Shown: positions 12,537 through 26,451 of the stretch, in pieces
Numbering within the stretch: the stretch's first letter is position 1
Layout of the letters: each line of letters starts with the position of its first letter
NCBI GenBank assembly: GCA_009914755.4
Contig: CP086569.2
Span: 10,912,001 to 10,976,000 of the forward strand
DNA: 64,000 bases
Direction: 5' to 3'
Source of the DNA: the human T2T-CHM13v2.0 reference genome, Homo sapiens
Made by a program: the position numbers and the translations under genes
The notes under the pieces: generated by a model
The model's database searches: none
What the model was told of the DNA's origin: nothing
Seen by the model: the letters and a program-made list of their open reading frames with translations, nothing else

Positions 12537-12598
12537 TTCTTTTGAAAGGATCTCACTGAGTCACACTGGCTGGAGTGCAGTGGGAAAATTTGAGCTTA
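12537..12598 (-). mobile_element. Alu 3'-end relic (antisense), 'gggaaaat' variant
   Basis: ttgaaaggatctcactgagtcacactggctggagtgcagtgggaaaatttgagcttac. Confidence 0.8.
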
Positions 12599-13282
12599 CA
12601 TTTCATTTCACAATTCCATTACACTCCATTCCACTCCACTCCAACCCACTCCACTCCATTCCACTCCATTCCATCCGAATCTATTCCATTCCACTGCATT
12701 CCATTCCTTTCCTTTCTTTCATCAGGATAGCACTCTTTCACGCTGGGTGGAGTGCAGTGGCACAATCTCAGTTCACATTTCATTTCAACTTTCCACTCCA
12801 CAACATTCCATTGCAGTCCGTTTCTTTCCATTCCTTTCTTTTGACAGGATCTCACTCTGTCACTCTGGGTGGAGTGCAGTCGCATAATCTCAGCTTACAT
12901 TACATTTCTGGACTGCGTTCCACTCCACTCCATTCCATTCCATTCCATTCAATTCCATTCCATTCCATTCCATTCCATTCCTTTCCACTCTACTCCACTT
13001 CAATGCCCTCCATTTCATACCATTCCATTCTACTCCACTCCACTCTAATCCACTCAATTCCAATCAATTCCATTCCATTCCACTCCACTCCACTCTACAT
13101 CACTCCACTCCACTCAACTCCGTTCAATCCCATTGCATTCCGCTCCATTGAACTCCACTTCACCGCACTCCACTCCACTTCGTTCCATTCCACTCCACCA
13201 CCTTCCGTTCTACTCCACTACAATCCACTGCAGTGCACTACTCTCCACTCCATTCTATTCCGCTCTATTCCATTCCATTCCT

Positions 13283-13346
13283 TTTCTTCTACAGGCTATA
13301 TCTTTGTCACTCAGGCTGGAGTGCAGTGGCACAATCTCAGCTCACA
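13283..13346 (-). mobile_element. Alu 3'-end relic (antisense)
   Basis: ctacaggctatatctttgtcactcaggctggagtgcagtggcacaatctcagctcac; paralog of 984. Confidence 0.8.
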
Positions 13347-13756
13347 TTTCCTTCACCATTCTATTCCATTCCACTGAATTCCATTCCATACCATTCTGCT
13401 TCATTCCATTACATTACGTTCCATTTAATTCCAATCTATTGCACTGCACTCCTCTCCACACTACTCCATGCCATTCCATTCTATTACATTGCATTTCAAT
13501 CCACTCCATTGAACTACATTCCACTCCAATTTTTTCCATTACATCCCGTTTCATTTCACTCCATTCCACTCCTCTCCACTCTACTGCATTCCACTCTTCT
13601 CCACTCTATTCCATTGGATTCCATTCCATTCGATTCCATTCCATTCCACTCCTTTCCTTTCCTTTCCATTCCATTCATCTCCATTCCATACCATTCCATT
13701 CCATTCCATTCCATTCCATTCCATTCCATTCATCTCTATTCCATTCCATTCATTCC

Positions 13757-13816
13757 TTTTAACATCATCTCACACTGTCACGCAGGCTGGAGTTCAGTGA
13801 TAGAAGCTCAGCTCAC
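13757..13816 (-). mobile_element. Alu 3'-end relic (antisense), 'gagttcagtgatag' variant
   Basis: aacatcatctcacactgtcacgcaggctggagttcagtgatagaagctcagctcac. Paralog of 1490; tandemly duplicated at 14428. Confidence 0.8.
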
Positions 13817-14220
13817 TTTACATTTCACCATTCCATTCCATTCCATTCCATTCCATTCCATTCCATTCCATTCCATTCCATTCCATTCCTTTGTGTTCCA
13901 TTCCACTCAACTGCACTAAATCCCACTCCACTCCACTCCCTTCAGTTCCATTCCATTCCATTTCATTCCATTCTATTCCATTCTGCTTCATTCCATTACA
14001 CTACGTTCCATTTAATTCCAATCTGTTTCAGTGCACTCCTCTCCACACTACTCCATGCCATTCCATTCTATTACATTCCAGTTCAATCCACTCCATTGCA
14101 CTACATTCCACTCCAATTTTTTCCATTACATCCCGTTTCATTTCACTCCATTCCACTCCTCTCCACTCTATTCCATTCGATTCCATTCCATTCGATTCCA
14201 TTCCATTCCACTCCTTTCCT

Positions 14221-14283
14221 TTCCATTCCATTCCATTCCATTCCATTCCATTCCATTCCATTCCATTCCATTCCATTCCATTC
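14221..14283. repeat. Near-perfect (TTCCA)n tract, about 63 bp
   Basis: ttccattcca x6 uninterrupted, then a ttctattcc variant. Confidence 0.9.
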
Positions 14284-14427
14284 TATTCCATTCCATTCCA
14301 TTCCATTCCATTCATCTCCATTCCATTCCATTCCATTCCATTCCATTCCATTCCATTCCATTCATCTCCATTCCATTCCATTCCATTCCATTCCATTCCA
14401 TTCATCTCTATTCCATTCCATTCATTC

Positions 14428-14487
14428 CTTTTAACATCATCTCACACTGTCACGCAGGCTGGAGTTCAGTGATAGAATCTCAGCTCA
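14428..14487 (-). mobile_element. Alu 3'-end relic (antisense), 'gagttcagtgatag' variant
   Basis: aacatcatctcacactgtcacgcaggctggagttcagtgatagaatctcagctcac. Confidence 0.8.
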
Positions 14488-15990
14488 CATTACATTTAAC
14501 CATTCCATTCCATTCCATTCCATTCCATTCCATTCCATTCCATTCCATTCCATTCCATTCCTTTGTGTTCCATTCCACACAACTGCACTGAATCCCACTC
14601 CACTCCACTCCCTTCAGTTCCATTCCATTCCATTCCATTCCATTCCATTGCATTCCATTCCATTCCATTCCATTCCATTCCATTCCATTCCATTCCATTC
14701 CATTTCATTCCATTCCACTCCATTCCAGTCCATTCCATTACATTCCACTCCATTCCATTCCTTTCCATTCCACTCCATCCCATTCCATTCAAATCTTTTC
14801 CACACGACTCCACTCCACTGCACTCCATTCCACAACACTCCACTCCTCTCCAATCAACTCTATTCCATTCCTTTTCATTTGATCCCATTCCATTCCACTC
14901 TGTTCCACTCCACTCCACTCCTTTCCTTTCCATTCCATTCCATTTCACTCCATTCCATTCAATTCTTTCCTTCGACAGGATCTCACTCTGTCACACAGGC
15001 TGGAGTGCAGTGGCACAATCTCAGCTTACATTACATTTCACCATTCCATTCCTTTCCACTTTATTCCACTCCACTCCACTCAAGTTCACTTCACTCATTT
15101 CCATTCCTTTCCACTGCACTCCACTCCACTCCTCTACCCTGCATTCCATCCCCTTCCATTCCACTCCATTCCCCTCCAATCCACTCCACTCCATTCCATT
15201 CCATTCCATTCCATTCCAATACACTCCAGTACATCACACACTTTTCATTCGACAATATCTCACTTTTTCCCCCAGGCTGGAATGCAGTGGCACAATCACA
15301 GCTCACCTTACATTTAACCATTCCATTCCATTCCATTACATTTCAGTGCATAACATTGTATTCCATTAGGTAACATTCCGTTCAGTTCTCTTCCACGCCA
15401 CTCCATTCCACTCCACTCCACTCCAGTCCACTCCAATCAACTTCATTCCATTCCATTCCCTCCCATTTCACTCCATTCCAAACCACTCCACTCCACACCA
15501 TTCCATTCCACTCCATTCCTTTCCTTTCCACTCCATTCCATTCCATTCCATTCCATTCCATTCCATTCCATTCCATTCCATTCCATTCCATTGCACTCCA
15601 TTACATCACATACTTTTCTTTCGACAATATCTCACTTTGTCCCCCTGGCTGGAATTCAGTAGCACAATCTCAGCTCACCTTTCATTTAACCATTCCATTC
15701 CATTACATTACATTTCAGTACATAACATTCTATTCCATTACGTAACATTCCGTTCAGTTCCATTCTACTGAACTCCATTCCACTCCACTCCACTCCAGTC
15801 CACTCCAATCCACTTCATTCCATTCCATTCCATCCCATTCCATTCCACTCCATTCCACTCCACTCCACTCCACTCCACTCCATTCTATTCCACTCTATTC
15901 TATTCCAATCCATTTTTTTCCATTCCACTCCATTCCATTCCACTCCATTCCACTCCATTCCATTAAACTCCTCTCTATTCCATTGCCTAC

Positions 15991-16050
15991 TTTCGACAGA
16001 ATCTCGCTCTGTGACACAGGCTTGATTTCAGTAGCACAATCTCATCTCAC
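15991..16050 (-). mobile_element. Alu 3'-end relic (antisense), diverged unit-start variant
   Basis: tttcgacagaatctcgctctgtgacacaggcttgatttcagtagcacaatctcatctcac. Confidence 0.7.
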
Positions 16051-17290
16051 ATTTCATTTCACCATACCATTCCACTGCATTCCACTCCACTCCACTCCAC
16101 TCCACACCAATCCGCGCCATTCCACTCCATATCATTCCACTCCATTTCATTCCATTCATTTGTTTCAACAGTACCTCACTCTGTTACCTGGGCTGGAGTG
16201 CAGAGGCCCAACCTCAACTCACATTTCATTAAACTGTCCCATTCCATTCCATTCCATTCCATTCCATTCCATTCCATTCCATTCCATTCCATTCCATTCT
16301 ATTAAATTCCATTCCATTTCATGCTATTATATTCCATTCCACTCCACTCCACTCCATTACATTCCATTCCACTCAACTCTACTCCACTCCACTCCAGTCC
16401 ACTTCATTCCATTCCATCCCATTCCACTCCCCTCCACTCCATTCCTCCCAAATCCCCTTCCATTCCATTCCATTCCATTCCATTCCAATCCACTCCGCTC
16501 CACTCCACTCCACTCCACTCCATTCCATTACACTCCATTCCTCTCCTTGCCATTCCACTCCGTTCTTTTCACAGGATCTCACTTTGTCACCAAGGCTGGA
16601 GTAACATGGCATAATCTCAGCTCACATTTCATTTCAACATTCTATTGTAGTCCATTACAATGCATTCCATTCCATTCTATTTCATTCCATTCCATTCCAC
16701 TCCACTCCACTCTGCTGCATTCCATTCCATTCCATTTCACTCCGTTCCTCGCCAATCTACCCCACTCCTCTCCACTCCATTGTATTCCATTCCACTCCCT
16801 TCCATTGCATTCCTATCTTTCAACAGGATCTCACTCTGTCATCCAGGATGGAGTGCAGTGGCAAAATCTCAGCTCACATTTCCTTTCACCAATCCTTTCC
16901 ATTCCATTAAATTCCATTCCTTTCTCCTCCATTCCACTCCAGTCCACTCCACTCCGCTCCATTCCACTCCAGTCCACTCCACTCCAATCTAGCCCAATCC
17001 ACTCTATTCCACTCAATCCCTTTCCATTCCACGGAATTACAATCCAGTCCACTCCACTCCACTCCTCTCCATTGCATTCCATCATATTCCATTCCACTCC
17101 ATTGCAGTCCACTCCACTCCACTCCTCTCCACTCCATTCCATTCCATTCCATTCCTCTCCATTCCATTCCACTCCGATCCACACCACTCCACACGACTCC
17201 CCTCCACTCCATTCCACTCACCTCCACTCCATTCCATTCCACTCCACTACATTCCATTCGATTCCACTCCATTCCATTCCATTCCCCTCC

Positions 17291-17365
17291 ATTCCATTCC
17301 ATTCCATTCCATTCCATTCCATTCCATTCCATTCCATTCCATTCCATTCCATTCCATTCCATTCC
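17291..17365. repeat. Perfect (ATTCC)15 tract
   Basis: attccattcc uninterrupted from 17291 to 17365. Confidence 0.9.
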
Positions 17366-17406
17366 TTTGCATTCCATTCCATTCCACTCGTTTGCATTCC
17401 ATTCCT

Positions 17407-17446
17407 TTCTTTTGACAGGATCTCACTCTGTCACCCTGGCTCATGT
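17407..17446 (-). mobile_element. Truncated Alu relic sharing the deletion seen at 7236
   Basis: ttgacaggatctcactctgtcaccctggctcatgtactccattcc. Confidence 0.7.
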
Positions 17447-18651
17447 ACTCCATTCCACTCCATTCCATTCCATTCCATTCCCTTCCTCTCCATTCCATTC
17501 CACTCCAATCCACACCACTCCACACGACTCCCCTCCACTCCATTCCACTCAACTCCACTCCATTCCATTCCATTCCACTCCATTCCATTCCATTCCACTC
17601 CATTCCACTCCATTCCATTCCATTCCACTCCATTCCATTCCATTCCACTCTATTCCATTCCATTACATTCCATTCCACTCCTTTGCATTCCATTCCTTTC
17701 TTTTGACAGGATCTCACTCTGTCACCCTGGCTCACGTGCAGTGGCGTAATCTCAGTTCACGTTACATTTCACCATTGCATTCAATTCCATTTCCTTCCAT
17801 TTCCGTTCCATTCCACTCCAATCCACTCCACTCCAGTTCATTCAATTCCGCTCCATCCCATTTCATTCCACTCCAATCCACTCCAGTCCACTCCATTCCA
17901 TGCCTTTCCTTCCAATTCCATTCTACTTTATTCCTTTCCAATCCATTCTAGTCCATTCCATTCAATACTTTTCTTTTGAAATGATCTCACTCATTCACAC
18001 AGGCTGGAGTGCAGTGGGAATATCTGAGCTCACACTTCATTCCACCATTCCATTGCACTCCATTCCACTCCACTCCACTCCACCCCACTCCACTCCATTA
18101 AATCCCAATCCATTCCATTCCCCTCCACTCCATTCCATTCCACTCCATCCCATTTCATTCCACACCACTACACTCCACTACACTACACTCTCTGCCATTC
18201 CATCCCATTTGTCTCCATTCCATTCCATTCCATTTGATTCCATTCCACTCCATTGCATTCCATTCCTTTATTTCGACAGTATCTCACTCTGTCACACAGG
18301 CAGGAGTGCAGTGGCACAATCTCAGCTCACATTTCGTTTCACCGTTTCATTTCACTCCATTCCACTCCATTCCACCACACCACACTCCACTCCACTCCAC
18401 TCCACTCCATTCCACTCCACTCCACTCCATTAAATCCCAATCCATTCCATTCCACTCCATTCCATTCCATTCCTTTGTTTTCTTTCGACAGGATCTCACT
18501 CTGTCACGCAGGGTGGAGTGCAGTGGCACAATCTCAGCTGACATTTCATTTCAATATTCCATCTCATTCCATGCCATTCCACTCTACTCCACTCCACTCC
18601 ACTCTAGTCCATTCCGTTCCATTCCACTCCACTCCTTTCCATTCCTTTCCT

Positions 18652-18712
18652 TTCTTTTGACAGGATCTCACTCTATCAAACAGGCTGGAGTGTAGTGGCA
18701 CAATCTCACCTC
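18652..18712 (-). mobile_element. Alu 3'-end relic (antisense)
   Basis: ttgacaggatctcactctatcaaacaggctggagtgtagtggcacaatctcacctc. Confidence 0.8.
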
Positions 18713-21240
18713 AAATTTCACTTCAAACTTCCATTCCTTTCCGTTCCATTCCATTCAATTCCATTCCATTCCATTATACTCCATTCCACTCATCTCCACT
18801 CCATTGCTTTCCATTCCACTCAACTTCACTCCACTCCTTTCCACTCCACTACATTACATCCCATTCTGTCCCACTCCATTCCACTCCACTCCACACCAAT
18901 CTACTCAATTCCATTTCATTACATCACATTCCATTCCATTCCATTCCACTCCACTCCAATCCACTCAACTGAACTTTCTATTCCATTCCATTCCATTCTA
19001 TTCCACTCCACTCAATCCAATTCACTCCATTGCATTCCATCCCATTTCATTCCACTCCACTCCACACCACTCCACTCCACTCCATTCCATGCCATTCCTT
19101 CCAATTCCATTCTATTCCGTTCCATTCCAATCCATTCCTGTGCATTCCATTCAATTCGTTTCTTTTGAAATGATCTCAGTCACACTGGCTGGAGTGCAGT
19201 GGGAAAATCTGAGCTCACGTTTCATTCAACTCCACTCCACTCCACCCCACTCCACTCCATTCCACTCCATTCCATCCCAATCCATTGCATTCCACTCCAT
19301 TCCATTCCTTTCCTTTCGTCAGAATATCACTCTTTCACGCAGGGTGTAGTGCAGTGGCACAATCTCAGTTCACATTTCATTTCAACTTTCTACTCCATAG
19401 CATTCCATTGCAGTCCCTTTTTTTCCACTCCTTTCTTTTGACAGGATCTCACTCTGTCACTCAGGGTGGAGTGCAGTCGTATAATCTCAGCTCACATTAC
19501 ATTTCATCATGGCATTCCATTCCATTCCACTCGTTTTGTCTCCATTTCACTCTACTCCACTCCACTCCACTGCACTCCTTTTCATACCATTCCATTCCAC
19601 TCCACTTCACTCTAATCCACTCAATTCCATTCTATCCCATTCCATTCCGCTCTACTCCACTCCACTCCACTACACTCCATTCCATTCCACTCTATCCCGT
19701 TTCATTCCACACTATTACGGTCCACTACACTCCATTTCCTGCCATTCCACCCCATTTCATTCCTTTCCATTCCTGTCCATTTGATTCCATTCCACTCCAC
19801 TGCATTCCATTCCTTTTTTTCAACAGTATCTCACTCGGTTACACAGGCTGTTGTGCAGTGGCACAATCTCAGCTCATAATTCATTTCACCATTTCATTTC
19901 CCTCCATACCACTCCACTACACTACACCACACCCCACTCCACTCCACTCCACTCCACTCCATTAAAACCAAATCCATTCCATTCCACTCCATTCCACTCC
20001 ATTCTTTGCTTTCTTTCAATAGGATCTAACTCTGTCATGCAGGGTGGAGTGTAGTGGTACAATCTCAGCTCACATTTCATTTCAATATTCCTTCCCATTC
20101 CATTCCATTCCATTCCACTCCACTCCACTCCACTACTCTCCACTCCACTCCACTCCATTGCATTTTATTCCATCCCAGTCCATTCCACTCCATTCTACAC
20201 CACTCCACTCCACTCCATTGCGTTACATTCCAACTGATTCCATTCCATCCCACTCCATCGAATTCCATTCCACTCCATTCCATTCCATTCCATTCCATTC
20301 CAGTCCACTCCACTCCACTCCAATTCACTCCAATCCATTCCATCCCATTTCATTCCACTCCACACCAATCCATTCAATTCAGTCCAATTCTATTTTATTC
20401 CATTCCATTCAATTTGTTTCTTTTGAAAGGATCTCACTCAGTCACACTGGCTGGAGTGCAGTGGGAAAATTTGAGCTTGCATTTCATTTCACAATTCCAT
20501 TACACTCCATTCCACTCCACTCCAACCCACTCCACTCCATTCCACTCCATTCCATCTGAATCCATTCCATTCCACTGCATTCCATTCCTTTCCTTTCTTT
20601 CATCAGGATAGCACTCTTTCACGCAGGGTGGAGTGCAGTGGCACAATCTCAGTTCACATTTCGTTTCAACTTTCCACTCCACAGCATTCCATTGCAGTCC
20701 GTTTCTTTCCATTCCTTTCTTTTGACAGGATCTCACTCTGTCACTCTGTGTGGAGTGCAGTCGCGTAATCTCAGCTTACATTAGATTTCAGGATTGCTTT
20801 CCATTGCATTCCACTCCACTCCATTCCATTCCATTCGATTCCATTCCTTTCCACTCTACTCCACTCCACTGCCCTCCATTTCATACCATTCCATTCTACT
20901 CCACTCCACTCCAATCCACTCAATTCCAATCCATTCCATTCCATTCCACTCCACTCCACTCTATTCCATTCCACTCCATCCCATTTCATTCCACACCACT
21001 ACACTTCACTACATTCCATTCTGGGACATTCCATCCCATTTCATTCCATTCCATTTGATTCCATTCCTTTTTTTCGACAGTATCTCACCCTGTCACACAG
21101 GCTGTGGTGCAGTGGCACAATCTCAGCTCACAATTCATTTCCCTCAGTACCACTCCATTCCACTACACCACACTCCAATCCACTCCACTCCATTAAATCC
21201 CAGTCCATTCCATTCCACTCCATTCCATTCCTTTGCTTTC

Positions 21241-21300
21241 TTTCAATAGGATCTCACTCTGTCACGCAGGGTGGAGTGCAGTGGCACAATCTCAGCTCAC
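21241..21300 (-). mobile_element. Alu 3'-end relic (antisense), 'caatagg...cagggtggagtg' variant; start of the large block C
   Basis: tttcaataggatctcactctgtcacgcagggtggagtgcagtggcacaatctcagctcac. Paralogs occur at 9530, 10808, 12068, 20008 and 42127. Confidence 0.85.
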
Positions 21301-24121
21301 ATTTCATTTCAATATTCCATCCCATTCCAAACCATTCCACTCCACTCCACTCCAATCCACTCCACTCCAATCCACTCCACCCAATTCCATTCCATTCCAT
21401 TCCATTCCATTCCATTCCATTCCATTCCATTCCTTCCCTTTCCATTCCATTCCATTCCACTTCCTTCCACTCCTTTCCTTTCTTTTGACAGGCTCTCACT
21501 CCATCAAACAGGCTGGAGTGTTGTATCACAATCTCACCTCAAATTTCACTCCACCATTCCATTCCATTCCATTCCTTTCCTTTCCATTCCATTCCATGCC
21601 ATTCCACTCCTTTCCATTCCTTTCCTTTCTTTTGATAGGGTCTCACTCCATCAAAGAGGCTGGAGTGTAGTGGCACAATCTCACCTCAAATTTCACTCCA
21701 CCATTCCATTCCATTCCATTCCATTCCATTCTACTCAACTTCAATCAACTCCACTGCATTCCACTCCATTCCACTCCAGTTCACTCCACTCCTTTCCACT
21801 CCTCTACATTACTTCCCATTTTATCCCACTCCATTCCACACCACTCCACTCCACTCCAATCTACTCAATTCCATTGCATTACATCACATTCCATTCCATT
21901 CCATTCAATTCCAATCCACTCCAATCCACTCAACTGCAATCCTCTATATTGCATTCCATTCCCTTCCATTCCATTACATCACATTCCATTCCATTCTATT
22001 CCATTCCACTCCACGCCACTCTACTCCACTCCAATTCACTCCATTCCATTCCATCCCATTTCATTCCACTCCAATCCACTCCACTCCATTACATGTCATT
22101 CCATCCGATTACATTCTCTTCCATTCCATTCCAATCCATTCCAGTCCATTCCATTCCATTCGTTTCTTTTGAAACGATCTTACTCAGTCACACATGGTGG
22201 AGTTCAGTGGGAATATCTGAGCTCACACTACATTTCACCATTCCATTGCACTCCATTCCACTCCATTCCACTCCCCTCCACTCCACCCCACTCAATTCTA
22301 TTCCACTCCATTCAATCCTAATCCATTCCATTCCTCTCCATTCAATTCCTTTCCTTTCTTTCGTCAGGATATCACTCTTTGACGCAGGGTGGAGTGCAGT
22401 GACACAATGTCAGTTCACATTTCCTTTTAACTTTCCACTCCATAGCATTCCAATGCAGTCCATTTCTTTCCATTCCTTTCTTTTCAGAGGATCTCACTCT
22501 GTCACTCAGGGTGGAGTGCAGTCGCATAATCTCAGCTCACATTATATTTCAGGATTGTGTTCCATTCCATTCCACTTTATTCCACTCCATTCGATACCAT
22601 TCCATTCCACTCTATTCCACTCCACCGCACTCCATTTCATACCATTCCATTCCGCTCCACTCCACTCTAATCCACTCAATTTGATTCCATCCCATTCCAT
22701 TCCACTCCACTCCAGTACATTCCATTCCACTCCATCCCATTTCATTCCACCCCACTACACTCCATTCCCTGCCATTCCATCCCATTCCATTCCATTCCAT
22801 TCCATTCCATTCCATTCCATTCCATTCCATTCCACTCCATGCCATTTGATTCCATTCCACTCCATTGCATTCCATTCCATTAAACTCCATGCCATTTGAT
22901 TCCATTCCACTCCATTGCATTCCATTCCTTTTCTTCAACAGCATCTCACTTACACAGGCTGGAGTGCAGTGACACAATCTCAGCTCACATTTCATTTATC
23001 CATTTCATTTCACTCCATACCACTCCACTCAACTACACCACACTCCACTCCACTCCACTCCACTCCTCTCCATTAAATCCCAATCCATGGCATCCTACTC
23101 CATTCCATTCCATTCCTTTGCTTTCTTTCGATAGGATCTCACTTTGTCACACAGGGTGGAGTGCAGTGGCACAATCTCAGCTCACATTTCATTTAAATAT
23201 TCCATCCCATTCCATCCCACTCCACTCCACTCAATTCCATTCCACTCCATTCCATTCTATTCCATTCAATTCCATTCCATTCCATTCTATTCCATTCTCT
23301 TCTATTCCATTCTATTCCAGACTATTCCATTCCATTCGACTCCTTTCCATTCCTTTCCTTTCTTTCGACAGGATCTCTTTCTATCAAACAGGCTGGAGTG
23401 TAGTGGCACTATCTCAGCTCAAATTTCACTTCACCATTCAATTCCATTCCTTTCTGTTCCATTCCATTCCACACCACTCCACTCCACTCCATTGCATTCC
23501 ATTCCTCTTCACTCCACTCCACTCTTCTCCACTACTCTACATTACATCTCTCTCTATCCCAGTCCATTGTACTCCACCTCACTCCACTCCAATCTACTCA
23601 ATTCCATTGCATTACATCACTTTCCATTCCATTCCACTCCACTCCAATCCACTCAATTCCACTCCTCTATATTACATTCCTTTTCATTCCATTCCAGTAC
23701 ACCGTATTACATTACACTTATTTCTTTGGACAGGATCTCACTCTGTCACACAGGGTAGAGTGCAGGGGCACAATCTCAGCTCACATTACATTTCACCATT
23801 CCATTCTATTTCTTTCCATTCCATTCCAATCCGTTCCATTCCATTCATTTCCGTTACACTTTACTCCACTCCATTCCACTCCACTCCACTACATTACACT
23901 TTACTCCACTCCAGTCCACTCCACTTCATTACACTTCATCCCATTCCATTCCACTCCATTCCACTCTACTGCACTCCACTCCACTCCATTCCATTCCATT
24001 CCATCCCAGTCCATTCCACTCCATTCTACACCACTCCACTCCACTCCATTCCATTGCATTCCAACCGAATCTATTCCAGCCCACTCCATTCCATTCCACT
24101 CCATTCCATTCCATTCCCTGC

Positions 24122-24181
24122 TTTCGACAGGATCTCTCTGTGTGACACAACCTGGAATGCAGTAGCACTATCTCATCTCAC
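24122..24181 (-). mobile_element. Alu 3'-end relic (antisense), diverged
   Basis: tttcgacaggatctctctgtgtgacacaacctggaatgcagtagcactatctcatctcac. Confidence 0.7.
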
Positions 24182-26391
24182 ATTTCATTTGACCATTCCA
24201 TTCCACTACATTCCACTACACTTCAGTCCACTCCACTCCACTCTAATCCACGCCATTCCACTCCATTCAATTCCATTTCAGTCCATTCCACTCCATTCGA
24301 CACCACTCTAATCCACTCAACTCCACTTCATTCCAGTACAGTCCACTCCACTCCAGTCCACTCCACTTCATTACAGTCCATGCCATTCCATTCCACTGCA
24401 CTGCCCTTCACTCCACTACACGCCACTCCATTCCATTCCATTCCATCCCAGTTCATTGCACTCCCTTCCACACCACACCACTCCACTCCACTCCACTCCA
24501 CTCCATTCCATTCCAATCCATCCCATTCCATTCCATCCCATCCCATTCCATTCCATTCCATTCCATTCCATTCCATTCCATTCCATTCCATTCCATTCCA
24601 TTCCATTCCATCCCAGTGCATTCCCTTCCATTCCATTCCATTTCGTTCCATTCCATTCCTTTCTTTTGACAGGATCTCACTCTCTCACCTTGGCTGTAGT
24701 GAAGTGGCACAATCTTAGCTCACATTACATTTCATCATTGCATTCCATTCCATTCCTCTCCACTCCATTCTACTCCACTCCACTGCACTCCACTCCACTC
24801 CCTTCCACTACATTCCATCTCATTCCACTCCACTATGCCCCCCTCCATTCCATGGCATTTCATCCCATTCCCTTCCACTCCACTCCACTCCACTCCATTC
24901 CACTCCACTTTACTTCACTCCACTCCATTCCATTCCATTCCACTCCATTCCATTGCATTCCACTCCACTGCACTCTACGTCACTCCACTCCACTCCATTC
25001 CATACCTTTCCATTCCACTCAATTCTACTCCACTCCACTTCATTCCAATCCATCCCATTCCATTATACTCCATTCCCCACCACTCCACTCCACTTCATTC
25101 CATTTCATTCTATCCCATTCCATTCCACTTCAATCCACTCCACTGCACTCCACTCCACTCTATTAATTTCCTTTCCTTTCCATTCTACTCCATTCTATTT
25201 CATTCCTTTCTATCAAAAGGATCTCACTCTGTCACACAGGCTCCACTGCACTGGCCCAGTCTCAGCTTACATTTCATTTCACCATTCGATTCAATTGGAT
25301 TCCATTCCATTCCATTCCATTTCATTCCATTCCATTCCATTTCACTCCACTCCACTGCACTCCACTCCACTGCACGCCACTCCACTGCACGCCACTCCAC
25401 TGCACTCCATTCCATTCCATTCCATTCCATTCCATTCCATTCCATTCCATTTCACTCGACTCCATTCCAATCCACTCCACTCCGTTACACTCCATTCCAT
25501 TCCATCCCATTCATCCCATTCAATTTCCCTCTACTCCATTCCACTCCACTCCACTCCAATTCACTCCATTCCATTGCATGCCATTCCATTCCACTCCTCT
25601 CCATTCCACTCCACTCCACACTCCTCCTTTCCACTCCATCTCATTCCATTCCACTCCATTCCACTCCACTCAACTGCACTTCATTCCACTGTACTGCATT
25701 CCATTTCATTCCACTCCCTTCCATTTTTTTCCACTCCCTTACATTCCATTCCTTTCTTTCGACAGGATCTCATTCTCTCACACAGGCTGGAGTGTAGTGG
25801 CACAATCTCAGCTCACATTTCATTTCGACATTCTATTCCGTTGCATTCCATTGCACTCCGTTCCATTCTATTGCATTCCATTTCATTCCATTCCATTCCA
25901 TTCCTCTCCACTCCACTCCATTCTACTCCACTCCAGTCCACTCTGCTCCAGTACACTCCACTCCATTCCATTCATCTCCATTCCATTACTTTCCTTTCTT
26001 TCGACAGGATCTCACTCTTTCACCCAAGTTGGTGTGCAGTGGAAAAATCTCAGCTCACATTTCATTGCACCATACCATTCCATTCCATCCCATCCCACTC
26101 CATTCCTTTAAATTCCATTCCATTACAGTCCACTCCACTCCATTTCACTCCACTCCACACCACTCCACTCCTTTCCATCCACTCCATTCCACTCCATTCC
26201 ACTCTACTCCACTCCACTTCTTTACCATCCATCCCATTCCATTCCACTGCAATCCACTCCACTCCACTCCTGTCCACTCCATTCCATTCCATTCCATCCC
26301 ATTCCGTTCAAACCAATCAACTCCACTCCACTCCACTCCAGTTCACTCCATACCGTTCCATTCCATTCCACTCCTTTCCATTGCATTCCTT

Positions 26392-26451
26392 TCTTTCGAC
26401 AGGATCTTATTCTGTCTGCCAGGTTCGAGTGCAGTGGCACAATCTCAGCTC
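26392..26451 (-). mobile_element. Alu 3'-end relic (antisense)
   Basis: tctttcgacaggatcttattctgtctgccaggttcgagtgcagtggcacaatctcagctcac. Confidence 0.8.

Noticed and set aside
22837-22936. 50-bp direct repeat (ccatgccatttgattccattccactccattgcattccattcc x2) as a possible regulatory element or insertion footprint
   Set aside because: It is an ordinary local tandem duplication of satellite sequence and is reproduced in the paralog at about 43717-43816. It has no distinguishing motif content.
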